Below are positions 1 to 7,882 of a stretch of 39,024 bases of DNA, one piece after another; position 1 is the first letter of the stretch, and every line of letters starts with the position of its first letter. This DNA is from Desulfobacterales bacterium (lineage in GTDB: Bacteria; Desulfobacterota; Desulfobacteria; Desulfobacterales; UBA11574), in the NCBI GenBank assembly GCA_032127815.1, contig JAQBHK010000411.1, forward strand, positions 1-39,024, in the 5' to 3' direction. Position numbers and translations under genes: made by a program. The notes under the pieces are model-generated. The model saw only the letters and a program-made list of their open reading frames with translations, was not told the DNA's origin and did no database searches.

Positions 1-957
1 GTCATGATGACCTCCATGGGTCAGCGTGGAGATGCCAAGCGGTTAGAGAAAATCGGTTTTGCTGCCTATCTGACCAAACCGGTCAAACAGTCACAGTTCT
101 ACGACTGTCTTGCCGCTGTTTCTGGTCTGCAGAAGAAAGCGCAAAAGGATCGGCCTGCGGCAATTGTTACCCGGCACTCTCTTACAGAGGATCAAAAACG
201 TAGGGTTCACATCTTGCTGGCTGAAGACAACATTATAAACCAAAAGGTGGCCATAAGTATTCTTGGCAAACTTGGATACAGTGCTGATGCTGTTGCCAAT
301 GGCAAAGAAGCGGTGAGTGCTTTGGAAATGATCCCATACGATATTGTTCTGATGGATTGTCAGATGCCGGAAATGGATGGATATGAGGCAACCAGAGAGA
401 TCCGCAAACCGGAATCGAAAGTGCTTGATCACAAGGTGCCTGTTATTGCCATGACAGCCCATGCCATGAAAGGTGATCGCGAAAAATGTCTAAAAGCCGG
501 TATGGACGACTACCTCTCAAAACCGGTTATGCCCCAGGAGCTTTCTGATATGCTTGAGAAGTGGATAGCGAAAAAAGGCTCTTCTCAGCAAGAAGAAGCC
601 ATAGTCAGTGATATAGACCCGGTACAAGATATCTTTGACAAGGCCGGTCTTTTGGATCGTCTCATGGGTGACAAAGAGCTTGCTAATGAAATCCTTGGCG
701 AGTTTATGGAAGATGTTCCCCGCAAGATTACCGCTTTGAAAGAAGCTCTTGACAAGGATGATGCACCCTTGGTTCAGAGAGAGGCACACTCACTCAAAGG
801 CGCATCCGCCAACGTTGGTGCTGTAGCCTTGCAAGAGATGGCATGTCAAATCGAAGTTGCTGGTGAGGCCCGGGATTTGGTTAGAGTGAATTCGCTCATT
901 TCAAAGCTTGATGAACAGTTTGAGGTGCTCGAAAAATTGGTTCAACCAGACTTCTAA
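1..957 (+). CDS. Hybrid sensor histidine kinase, C-terminal part only (end of one receiver domain, a full second receiver domain, HPt domain); 5' end lies outside the window
   Basis: Frame is open from base 1. AAYLTKPV closes one receiver. Second receiver: HILLAEDNIINQKV...DIVLMDCQMPEMDGYE...AMTAHAMKGDREKCLKAGMDDYLSKPV. HPt histidine motif EAHSLKGASANVGA. Stop at 955-957. Confidence 0.85.
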   Translation, partial: VMMTSMGQRGDAKRLEKIGFAAYLTKPVKQSQFYDCLAAVSGLQKKAQKDRPAAIVTRHSLTEDQKRRVHILLAEDNIINQKVAISILGKLGYSADAVANGKEAVSALEMIPYDIVLMDCQMPEMDGYEATREIRKPESKVLDHKVPVIAMTAHAMKGDREKCLKAGMDDYLSKPVMPQELSDMLEKWIAKKGSSQQEEAIVSDIDPVQDIFDKAGLLDRLMGDKELANEILGEFMEDVPRKITALKEALDKDDAPLVQREAHSLKGASANVGAVALQEMACQIEVAGEARDLVRVNSLISKLDEQFEVLEKLVQPDF

Positions 958-976
958 AACAAAAATGTGAAGTACC

Positions 977-1045
977 ATGAGAATATTGATCGCTGAAGAT
1001 GATTCTACCTCTCGCCAAATCCTGGAACTGTTTGCTGACTGGTGA
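977..1045 (+). pseudogene. Truncated response-regulator receiver stub (22 codons then stop), 20 nt downstream of the kinase gene
   Basis: ATG at 977 translates MRILIAEDDSTSRQILELFADW then TGA. This is a classic receiver-domain N-terminus with the acidic EDD pocket, but no continuation in frame. Downstream frames up to about 1195 hold only faint receiver-like strings (TIITIFF / LQFIEIL) interrupted by T-runs. Confidence 0.4.
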
Positions 1046-1158
1046 TAGCTGCAATAGTTCGGTACATATCAATGGCCCGATTTTTTTGAGATATCCTCAT
1101 ACCTTATCACCAGACTATAATCACCATTTTTTTTTAACGGATCGAAACACCCTGCAGT

Positions 1159-1443
1159 TTATCGAAATTCTTCATTCGCTTCTTCAAGTATAAGTGCCAT
1201 CTTGGCTCTTTTTTTTTTGACGATTATAAAACAGATCGTAACCGTAAGAAGGATTAACATCGGCAGCAAAAGTTCCGCCAGCATCATCTGACCTTCACCC
1301 GGAGCAGGCGCCACAGACTCGATGCGCGTGATCTTTTCGGCAGTACTTACCCTTGAGTGGATGGTCAGCGCGATTGCGCCGATATAAATTGCCACAAATA
1401 CAATCGCTAAAATACACAGTCTAACTTCAAATTTGCTCATCAT
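1159..1443 (-). CDS. Hypothetical small membrane protein (94 aa, two hydrophobic helices)
   Basis: ORF with two hydrophobic stretches (LCILAIVFVAIYIGAIALTI and LLLPMLILLTVTICFIIV) followed by a KKKRAK anchor. No recognisable family. Confidence 0.4.
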   Translation of the reverse strand: MMSKFEVRLCILAIVFVAIYIGAIALTIHSRVSTAEKITRIESVAPAPGEGQMMLAELLLPMLILLTVTICFIIVKKKRAKMALILEEANEEFR

Positions 1444-1768
1444 TAGATACCCTTCAGCAAGAAATATAATGTTACAGTTAAGGTTTATGTTTCGACGATT
1501 AGAAAATCAAGATAAAGTTTCAGCCCGCACTTTTCGGTTCTCATGATTCCAGGCTCGATTGGGTTTCCATCAAAACTCTGCCTTGCATAAAGACAATCTC
1601 CCATTATATGGTATCGATGAAATTTCACTAGACAGGCACGATTGATTGGATCTGTGGCTTTCTCGTTTTCCAGCCTGCCCCGCAGAGCGTGGAAAAGGTT
1701 AAAAAAATCCTGAGAATCCTGTCGATCCTGTCTTAATAATTAAGAAAATATTCTTTGGAAAGGTAAAA

Positions 1769-2554
1769 ATGGAAATTCACCCAACCGCCGTGATCGCCTC
1801 GACTGCCAAAATTGGCAAAGATGTTAAAATTGGAGCATATGCCGTTATTGAAGATCATGTGGAAATCGGAGATAATTGTTTGATAGATTCCCATGCATTT
1901 ATTCGAAGTTTTGTGAAAATGGGATCGAATAATATCGTGCATCCTTATGCCGTCATTGGGGGTTTACCCCAGGATATCACTTTTGACATCAATTTAGAAA
2001 CATATACTGTAATCGGCAATGACAATGTTTTCAGGGAATCATGCACGATCCACCGAGCTACCAGGGAAGGCGAGTCAACCCGGATTGGATCGAATTGTTA
2101 TTTTATGACGTGTATTCATGTTGGACATGACTGTGTCATTGGGGATGGGTGTATTTTTGCTTCTTACACAGGGTTAGGGGGATTTGTAGAGGTCGATGAT
2201 AAAGTTTTTTTCGGCGCGGGAGTAATGGTCCATCAATTTGTAAGAATTGGTTCTTTGGCAATGCTGGCAGGGGGAGCATTGATTCGCAAAGATGTTCTAC
2301 CGTTTTCATTGGTGGGCGGCACGCCTGTGCGCCACTATCGTCTTAATTTAATAGGTTTGCGCAGGGAAGGCATAAAAGGTGAGCGCTTAAAACCGATTTC
2401 AAACGCTTTTTTATCTTTGAGAAAGTCGCGAGATTTGGCGGCGCTGGAACTACCCCAAACACCCGAAATTGATTATTTGCAACAATGGATTTGCGCGCCT
2501 TCAAAAAGAGGAATATATGGGTTTGTTTCCGGTAAGAAAAAGGAAGATGAGTAA
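1769..2554 (+). CDS. lpxA: Acyl-ACP--UDP-N-acetylglucosamine O-acyltransferase (LpxA, left-handed beta-helix hexapeptide protein)
   Basis: 261 aa. N-terminus MEIHPTAVIASTAKIGKDVKIGAYAVIEDHVEIGDNCLI shows hexapeptide periodicity. Also HVGHDCVIGD, the C-terminal helical part LNLIGLRREG, and SD-like GGAAAGG upstream. Confidence 0.8.
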   Translation: MEIHPTAVIASTAKIGKDVKIGAYAVIEDHVEIGDNCLIDSHAFIRSFVKMGSNNIVHPYAVIGGLPQDITFDINLETYTVIGNDNVFRESCTIHRATREGESTRIGSNCYFMTCIHVGHDCVIGDGCIFASYTGLGGFVEVDDKVFFGAGVMVHQFVRIGSLAMLAGGALIRKDVLPFSLVGGTPVRHYRLNLIGLRREGIKGERLKPISNAFLSLRKSRDLAALELPQTPEIDYLQQWICAPSKRGIYGFVSGKKKEDE

Positions 2555-2852
2555 GATCTGCACAACCTTCTCTCCATTAACGCCGTTTCCGGCAACTTAG
2601 CAGTAATTTTCGGAGCCCACCAAAAAATATTCATCACGCCTGTCCGCCGTACAAGACTTTGGCAGGCGGAAAAGCACGCAATTGCGAAAACACAAAAAAC
2701 AACGAAGATAATAGGAAAACTGTACATATTGTGTACAAAACTCTTTCAAAACACATTATCTTGTGATATAAAACAATGTTGGCAAGTTAGCCTTAATAGA
2801 GAAGCGTAGATTAATTCTCAACCAATTGCATTACAATTACAGAAGTTTATTT

Positions 2853-4745
2853 ATGACCAACAACAACTATACGGCAGAATCGATTGAAGTGCTAAGCGGC
2901 CTTGACCCGGTCAAGCGCAGACCCGGAATGTATACGGATACGATTAGACCCAACCATCTCGGGCATGAAGTTGTCGACAACAGCGTGGATGAAGCCATTG
3001 CCGGTTTTGCCGACCGCATTGACGTTACACTATACAAAGACGGTTCTTGCAAAGTGAGTGATAACGGCAGAGGCATGCCGGTTGACCTCCACCCCGAAGA
3101 AGGCGTCAGCGGCGTTGAAGTAATTATGACTCGACTGCATGCCGGCGCAAAATTTTCCAACAAAAATTATCAGTTTTCCGGAGGGTTGCATGGTGTGGGA
3201 GTGTCGGTGGTAAACGCACTGTCGACCCGGTTGGATGTGGAAATAAAAAGAGACGGAAAAAAATATGAGATCGGCTTTGCAAACGGTGATAAATGCCGTG
3301 AACTGGTAGAAACGGGCCCTGTCGGTGTTAGAAATACAGGGACCACGGTTCATTTTTGGCCGGATCCGAAGTATTTCGATTCTCCCAGATTCTCCGCCCG
3401 TCGATTAAAACACGCATTGCGGGCCAAAGCCGTACTCTGCCCGGGACTGTGGGTTTATTTTAAAGACGAAAACTCCGGAGAATCCGAGAACTGGTACTTT
3501 GAAGACGGCCTTAAAAATTATCTGGTTGATAGTTTGCAGGGATTTGCCATGCTGCCGGAAGAGCCTTTTATCGGCGAGATTAACGGCAATCATGAATTGG
3601 CGCACTGGGCGGTTGTCTGGCTGCATGAAGGGGGCGATACGGTTACGGAAAGTTATGTCAATCTGATCCACACGCCGTTGGGCGGCACCCATGTAAATGG
3701 TTTCCGCAGCGGGTTGTTAACGGCCATCCGTGAGTTTTGTGATTTCCGAAATTTAATCCCCAGAGGTGTCAAGCTCGCTCCGGAAGATATATGGGATCGT
3801 TGCAGTTATGTGTTGTCCGTGCGAATGCAGGATCCTCAGTTCTCCGGACAGACCAAAGAGCGCCTTGGATCCCGGCAATGCGCGGCCTTTGTTTCCGGGG
3901 GAGTCAAGGATGCTTTCAGCCTCTGGCTGAATCAGCACACGAATGCCGGTGAAAAACTGGCCGCACTGGCCATAAATAACGCCCAGCACCGTTTGCGATC
4001 CAGCAAAAAAGTCGCCCGGAAAAAAATCACCAACGGTCCGGCTTTGCCGGGCAAGCTGGCGGATTGCGTGGGCATGGAACCGCTGCACAGCGAACTGTTT
4101 CTGGTGGAGGGAGATTCTGCCGGCGGATCTGCCAAACAGGCCCGGGACCGCCAGTTTCAAGCGGTTATGCCTCTGAGGGGGAAAATTTTAAATACCTGGG
4201 AAGTCGATTCTGCGGAGATACTGAATTCCAATGAAATCCATGACATTTCTGTTGCAATCGGTGTCGATCCCGCGTCTGAAAACCTTAATGGTTTGCGTTA
4301 CGGCAAAATTTGTATTTTAGCTGACGCGGATTCTGACGGATTGCATATAGCCACCTTGATTTGCGCCCTTTTCATGCGCCATTTTCGCCCGCTGGTAAAA
4401 GCCGGGCATATCTATGCTGCCATGCCGCCCCTGTATCGCATTGATGCCGGTAAAGACGTATATTATGCCCTGGACGAAGAAGAAAAACAGGGAATTTTAA
4501 AGCGGATAAACAATAAAAAGAACAAAGGTGCAATTAACGTGCAGCGTTTTAAAGGACTGGGGGAAATGAATCCTTTGCAACTGCGAGAGACGACCATGGC
4601 ACCGGATACACGGCGCCTGGTGCGGCTTACGCTCGACCATGATGATAAGGCCGAGTCCATGATGGACATGCTGCTTGCTAAAAAGCGGGCTGCGGATCGC
4701 AGAACATGGCTGGAAGAAAAAGGTAAGCTTAGTACAAAACCTTAA
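2853..4745 (+). CDS. parE: DNA topoisomerase IV subunit B
   Basis: About 630 aa from ATG 2853 (MTNNNYTAESIEVLSGLDPVKRRPGMYT aligns with the E. coli ParE start). GHKL ATPase motif GLHGVGVSVVNALS; Toprim motifs EGDSAGGSAKQARDR and PLRGKILN. Length fits ParE, not the ~800-aa GyrB. Confidence 0.9.
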   Translation: MTNNNYTAESIEVLSGLDPVKRRPGMYTDTIRPNHLGHEVVDNSVDEAIAGFADRIDVTLYKDGSCKVSDNGRGMPVDLHPEEGVSGVEVIMTRLHAGAKFSNKNYQFSGGLHGVGVSVVNALSTRLDVEIKRDGKKYEIGFANGDKCRELVETGPVGVRNTGTTVHFWPDPKYFDSPRFSARRLKHALRAKAVLCPGLWVYFKDENSGESENWYFEDGLKNYLVDSLQGFAMLPEEPFIGEINGNHELAHWAVVWLHEGGDTVTESYVNLIHTPLGGTHVNGFRSGLLTAIREFCDFRNLIPRGVKLAPEDIWDRCSYVLSVRMQDPQFSGQTKERLGSRQCAAFVSGGVKDAFSLWLNQHTNAGEKLAALAINNAQHRLRSSKKVARKKITNGPALPGKLADCVGMEPLHSELFLVEGDSAGGSAKQARDRQFQAVMPLRGKILNTWEVDSAEILNSNEIHDISVAIGVDPASENLNGLRYGKICILADADSDGLHIATLICALFMRHFRPLVKAGHIYAAMPPLYRIDAGKDVYYALDEEEKQGILKRINNKKNKGAINVQRFKGLGEMNPLQLRETTMAPDTRRLVRLTLDHDDKAESMMDMLLAKKRAADRRTWLEEKGKLSTKP

Positions 4746-4773
4746 CCCTGGTAAGCCGGAAAAGAAAAAGATT

Positions 4774-4852
4774 ACCACGAAAACACGAAAGGACGAAAAC
4801 ATGAAAAAGATTATTAAAATTTCGTGTTTTCCTTCTTTCGTGCTTTCGTGAT
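4774..4852. repeat. Imperfect 33-bp inverted repeat (28/33 complementary, 13-nt AT loop) in the parE-parC spacer; arms are tandem 8-mers CACGAAAA/CACGAAAG/GACGAAAA/CATGAAAA
   Basis: Left arm 4774-4806 is accacgaaaacacgaaaggacgaaaacatgaaa. The reverse complement of right arm 4820-4852 is atcacgaaagcacgaaagaaggaaaacacgaaa. Confidence 0.75.
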
Positions 4853-4904
4853 TGCTTTTAATATTTTTGCCGCAAAAAGCGCAAAATTCATAACTAAGGA
4901 ACTA

Positions 4905-7178
4905 ATGACTGAAACAGAGACATTAAGCCTGGAAGAGGTTGAGCATTTGCCCCTGGAGGTCTTTTCGGAGCGGGCCTACCTGGAATATTCCATGTATGTT
5001 ATTTTAGACCGTGCGCTGCCCCATATCGGCGACGGCTTAAAACCGGTGCAGCGGCGTATTGTCTACGCCATGTCGGAACTGGGGTTAAAGGCGGGTTCCA
5101 AGTATAAAAAGTCAGCGCGGACCGTGGGTGACGTGTTGGGTAAATTTCACCCCCACGGCGATTCGGCCTGTTATGAAGCCATGGTCTTAATGGCCCAGCC
5201 GTTTGCCTACCGCTACCCTTTGCTGGATGGACAGGGCAACTGGGGATCTGCTGACGATCCCAAGTCATTTGCGGCCATGCGGTATACCGAATCCCGGCTC
5301 TCTGCTTATGCCGGGGTATTACTGACTGAACTTGGCTTAGGGACCGTAGACTGGCTGCCTAACTTTGACGGCACCCTTAATGAACCTTCCATATTGCCCG
5401 CGCGTCTGCCGAATATCCTGCTAAACGGCACCACCGGTATTGCCGTCGGCATGGCGACCGATATTCCGCCTCACAATTTGGTTGAAGTTGTCAACGCCTG
5501 CGTCGAACTGCTCAATAACCCCAACGCAGACATTGAGGCCCTGTGCGCCCACATCCAGGGACCGGATTTTCCCACCCGCGCGGAAATCATTACTCCGCGC
5601 AGTGAAATCAAAGAGATGTATCGCACGGGCAACGGCAGGCTGAGGATGCGGGCTGTTTTTGAAAGAGAAAACGGGGAAATCGTTATTACAGCGCTGCCAT
5701 ACCAGACGTCCGGCTCCAAGATTATGGAGCAAATTGCCGGACAAATGAACGCAAAAAAACTGCCCATGGTAGTAGACCTTCGCGATGAATCCGATCACGA
5801 AGATCCCACCCGTCTTGTTATCGTGCCGCGCTCCAACCGGATCGATTTCGACGCGCTGATGGCGCATTTGTTTGCCACCACAGATCTTGAACGCACTTTG
5901 CGGGTGAACATGAACGTCATCGGCAGCAACGGCCGTCCCCAAGTCAAGGGGTTGGCGGTTTTACTTCGAGAGTGGCTGGCGTATAGAAAAGATGCGGTCC
6001 GCCGGCGCCTGCAGCATCGACTGGACAAAGTAGAAAACCGGCTGCATTTATTGGAAGGCTTACTCATCGCTTACCTCAATATCGACGAGGTGATCGAAAT
6101 CATCCGCAGCCAGGAGCACCCCAAACCAGTATTGATACAGCGATTTAACCTGTCCGATGAACAGGCTGAGGCCATTCTTGATCTGAAACTGCGCCATCTG
6201 GCCAGATTAGAGGAAATAAAAATCAAGTCCGAGCAGGATGAGCTGGCTCGCGAACGGGATGAGCTGAAAAAAATCTTAGGTTCAAATGCGCGCTTAACAA
6301 CATTGATACGCAAGGAACTGATTGCAGATGCCGAAAAATACGGCGACCAAAGACGCTCTCCCATAGTTGAGCGTGAAGAGGCCCAGGCTCTTTCCCAGTC
6401 GGATATCGTGCCGGTGGAGCCGGTCACCGTAGTTTTGTCCAGCAACGGCTGGGTTCGGACTGCCAAGGGGCATGATGTGGACCCGGCTAATTTGAGTTAT
6501 AAATCAGGCGATCAATTCCAGGCAGCGGCCCTGGGCCGCAGCAACCAGCTTGCGGCTTTTTTGGATTCTACCGGCAGGAGCTATTCGATTCCCGTGCTTG
6601 GCCTGGCGTCGGCCAGAGGTCAGGGCGAACCGTTGAGCGGCCGCTTAAATCCGCCGCCGGATGCAACCTTTGTGACAGTTCTTATGGGAGCGCCTGACCG
6701 GCTGTTGCTGCTGGCAAGTGATGCGGGTTACGGGTTTGTCAGTAAACTGGCTGAGCTGTACACCAAAAACAGAAACGGCAAAGCTTTATTATCCTTGCCT
6801 GCGGGGTCGCGGCCGTTTGTACCGGTACCGATAAATAATATCGATACTGACCTTCTGGTTGCCGTCAGTAATGAAGGCCGGATGCTGGTATTTGCGGTCA
6901 AGCATCTTCCATTGCTGGCGCGGGGAAAAGGCAACAAGATTATCCAGATACCTCCGTCACGCGTGGCTTTAAGGGAAGAATTCGTGGCCGAACTTGCTGT
7001 TTTACCGGCAGAAAGCCATCTTATCATCCATGCCGGGAAACGCCACCTGACACTGAAACCCGGCAATATCGAACAATTCAGGGGTGAACGGGGTCGCCGG
7101 GGACGCAAGCTGCCCAGAGGATTTCGCAACGTGGATCGCCTGGAAGCGGTAAGACCTCAGCAGATGGCATTAATTTGA
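4905..7178 (+). CDS. parC: DNA topoisomerase IV subunit A
   Basis: About 757 aa from ATG 4905. [31 protein letters not shown]; active-site Tyr context [11 protein letters not shown]. Length and the pairing with a short B subunit fit ParC rather than GyrA. Codons 4824-4904 of the tracked ORF are read-through of the hairpin arm. Confidence 0.9.
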   Translation: MTETETLSLEEVEHLPLEVFSERAYLEYSMYVILDRALPHIGDGLKPVQRRIVYAMSELGLKAGSKYKKSARTVGDVLGKFHPHGDSACYEAMVLMAQPFAYRYPLLDGQGNWGSADDPKSFAAMRYTESRLSAYAGVLLTELGLGTVDWLPNFDGTLNEPSILPARLPNILLNGTTGIAVGMATDIPPHNLVEVVNACVELLNNPNADIEALCAHIQGPDFPTRAEIITPRSEIKEMYRTGNGRLRMRAVFERENGEIVITALPYQTSGSKIMEQIAGQMNAKKLPMVVDLRDESDHEDPTRLVIVPRSNRIDFDALMAHLFATTDLERTLRVNMNVIGSNGRPQVKGLAVLLREWLAYRKDAVRRRLQHRLDKVENRLHLLEGLLIAYLNIDEVIEIIRSQEHPKPVLIQRFNLSDEQAEAILDLKLRHLARLEEIKIKSEQDELARERDELKKILGSNARLTTLIRKELIADAEKYGDQRRSPIVEREEAQALSQSDIVPVEPVTVVLSSNGWVRTAKGHDVDPANLSYKSGDQFQAAALGRSNQLAAFLDSTGRSYSIPVLGLASARGQGEPLSGRLNPPPDATFVTVLMGAPDRLLLLASDAGYGFVSKLAELYTKNRNGKALLSLPAGSRPFVPVPINNIDTDLLVAVSNEGRMLVFAVKHLPLLARGKGNKIIQIPPSRVALREEFVAELAVLPAESHLIIHAGKRHLTLKPGNIEQFRGERGRRGRKLPRGFRNVDRLEAVRPQQMALI

Positions 7179-7270
7179 ACCTAAATTGCCCCGGCTACAC
7201 TTGCTTTGGCAGGATAAAGAGGTGGGTAGGAGCTTCACTTTACAGTACAATTCTCAGAACAGTATCACAA

Positions 7271-7643
7271 CTATTTTGAAGCCTTGATATTTACTGAATT
7301 ATAGCAGGCAGTACAAGTTTCGAATTGAAGATTCGGAACCCCAATCAATTCCGATAGTTGGGTGACTTGGATTTGCGATTGAAGGTACCAGGTATCTACA
7401 ATCAGCCCAAGCCATGATATGTTGGCGATATCGCAAGTTTTAAAACGGAACCGAAGCCGGTCATAAATTGCAGATCTCAAGAAATCCTTTAATTCCAATC
7501 GATTTAGCTGAATCTTCATTGAGTTTTTCACTGAAACCTGTGCAAACGGTATCGGGATATGGTTTACGACAATACGTTAACCGAGGTGTTCGAGATGAAA
7601 AATTATCCTTTGGCCCCAGGCTGGAAATTGTTGGCCCGACCAA
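7271..7643 (-). pseudogene. Possible frameshifted C-terminal debris of an IS4-superfamily-like DDE transposase (very tentative)
   Basis: Two overlapping minus-strand frames give ...LNEDSAKSIGIKGFLE / ...LELKDFLRSAIYDRLRFRFKTCDIANISWLGLIVDTWYL. This loosely resembles the W-IE--FK-LKS-L--RPIY-R...H-----LAL tail of IS4/IS1634-type transposases. Recognised from memory of the pattern only. Confidence 0.2.
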
Positions 7644-7882
7644 AAGGGGTGCATAAAAACAGTGTAGTCATGGCGTTCATCCCCAATAGTGCTCATCTCC
7701 CGTAGAACCCTGGTTGTACCATCATCTGTAGTTCTCCATCCCCAGCACTATTGGGTCTCTTATTAACTGCTCAATGGTTGGTGGTTCTGTTGATCCAGAC
7801 CTTTATTAAAGGGAACCTAATACTAATCTTGCTTCCCTTTTCATGGCTGACAGATGCAGATGAGACCATGACGGTATCTCTT

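Noticed and set aside
999-1193. 64-aa plus-strand ORF after the kinase gene
   Set aside because: It has no start context and its composition is odd. It is better explained as out-of-frame debris of the decayed response-regulator gene.
2826-2852. N-terminal extensions of tracked ORFs: parE from TTG 2826, parC from 4824, OMP from 19059, MFP from TTG 20729, glpA from TTG 32697, crotonase from 10611
   Set aside because: Homologous N-termini, signal peptides or SD spacing point to internal starts at 2853, 4905, 19149, 20762, 32679 and 10626. The parC extension is simply translation of the hairpin arm.
2853-7178. Considered calling the pair gyrB/gyrA
   Set aside because: The B subunit is about 630 aa, lacking the ~170-aa insertion of proteobacterial GyrB, and the A subunit is about 757 aa. 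Both lengths and the adjacent B-A order fit topoisomerase IV. Phylogeny would be needed for certainty.
7682-7755. 12-bp perfect inverted repeat considered as an integron attC site or a MITE
   Set aside because: There are no RYYYAAC/GTTRRRY core sites, no integrase nearby, and no target-site duplication visible. It is kept only as part of the border observation.
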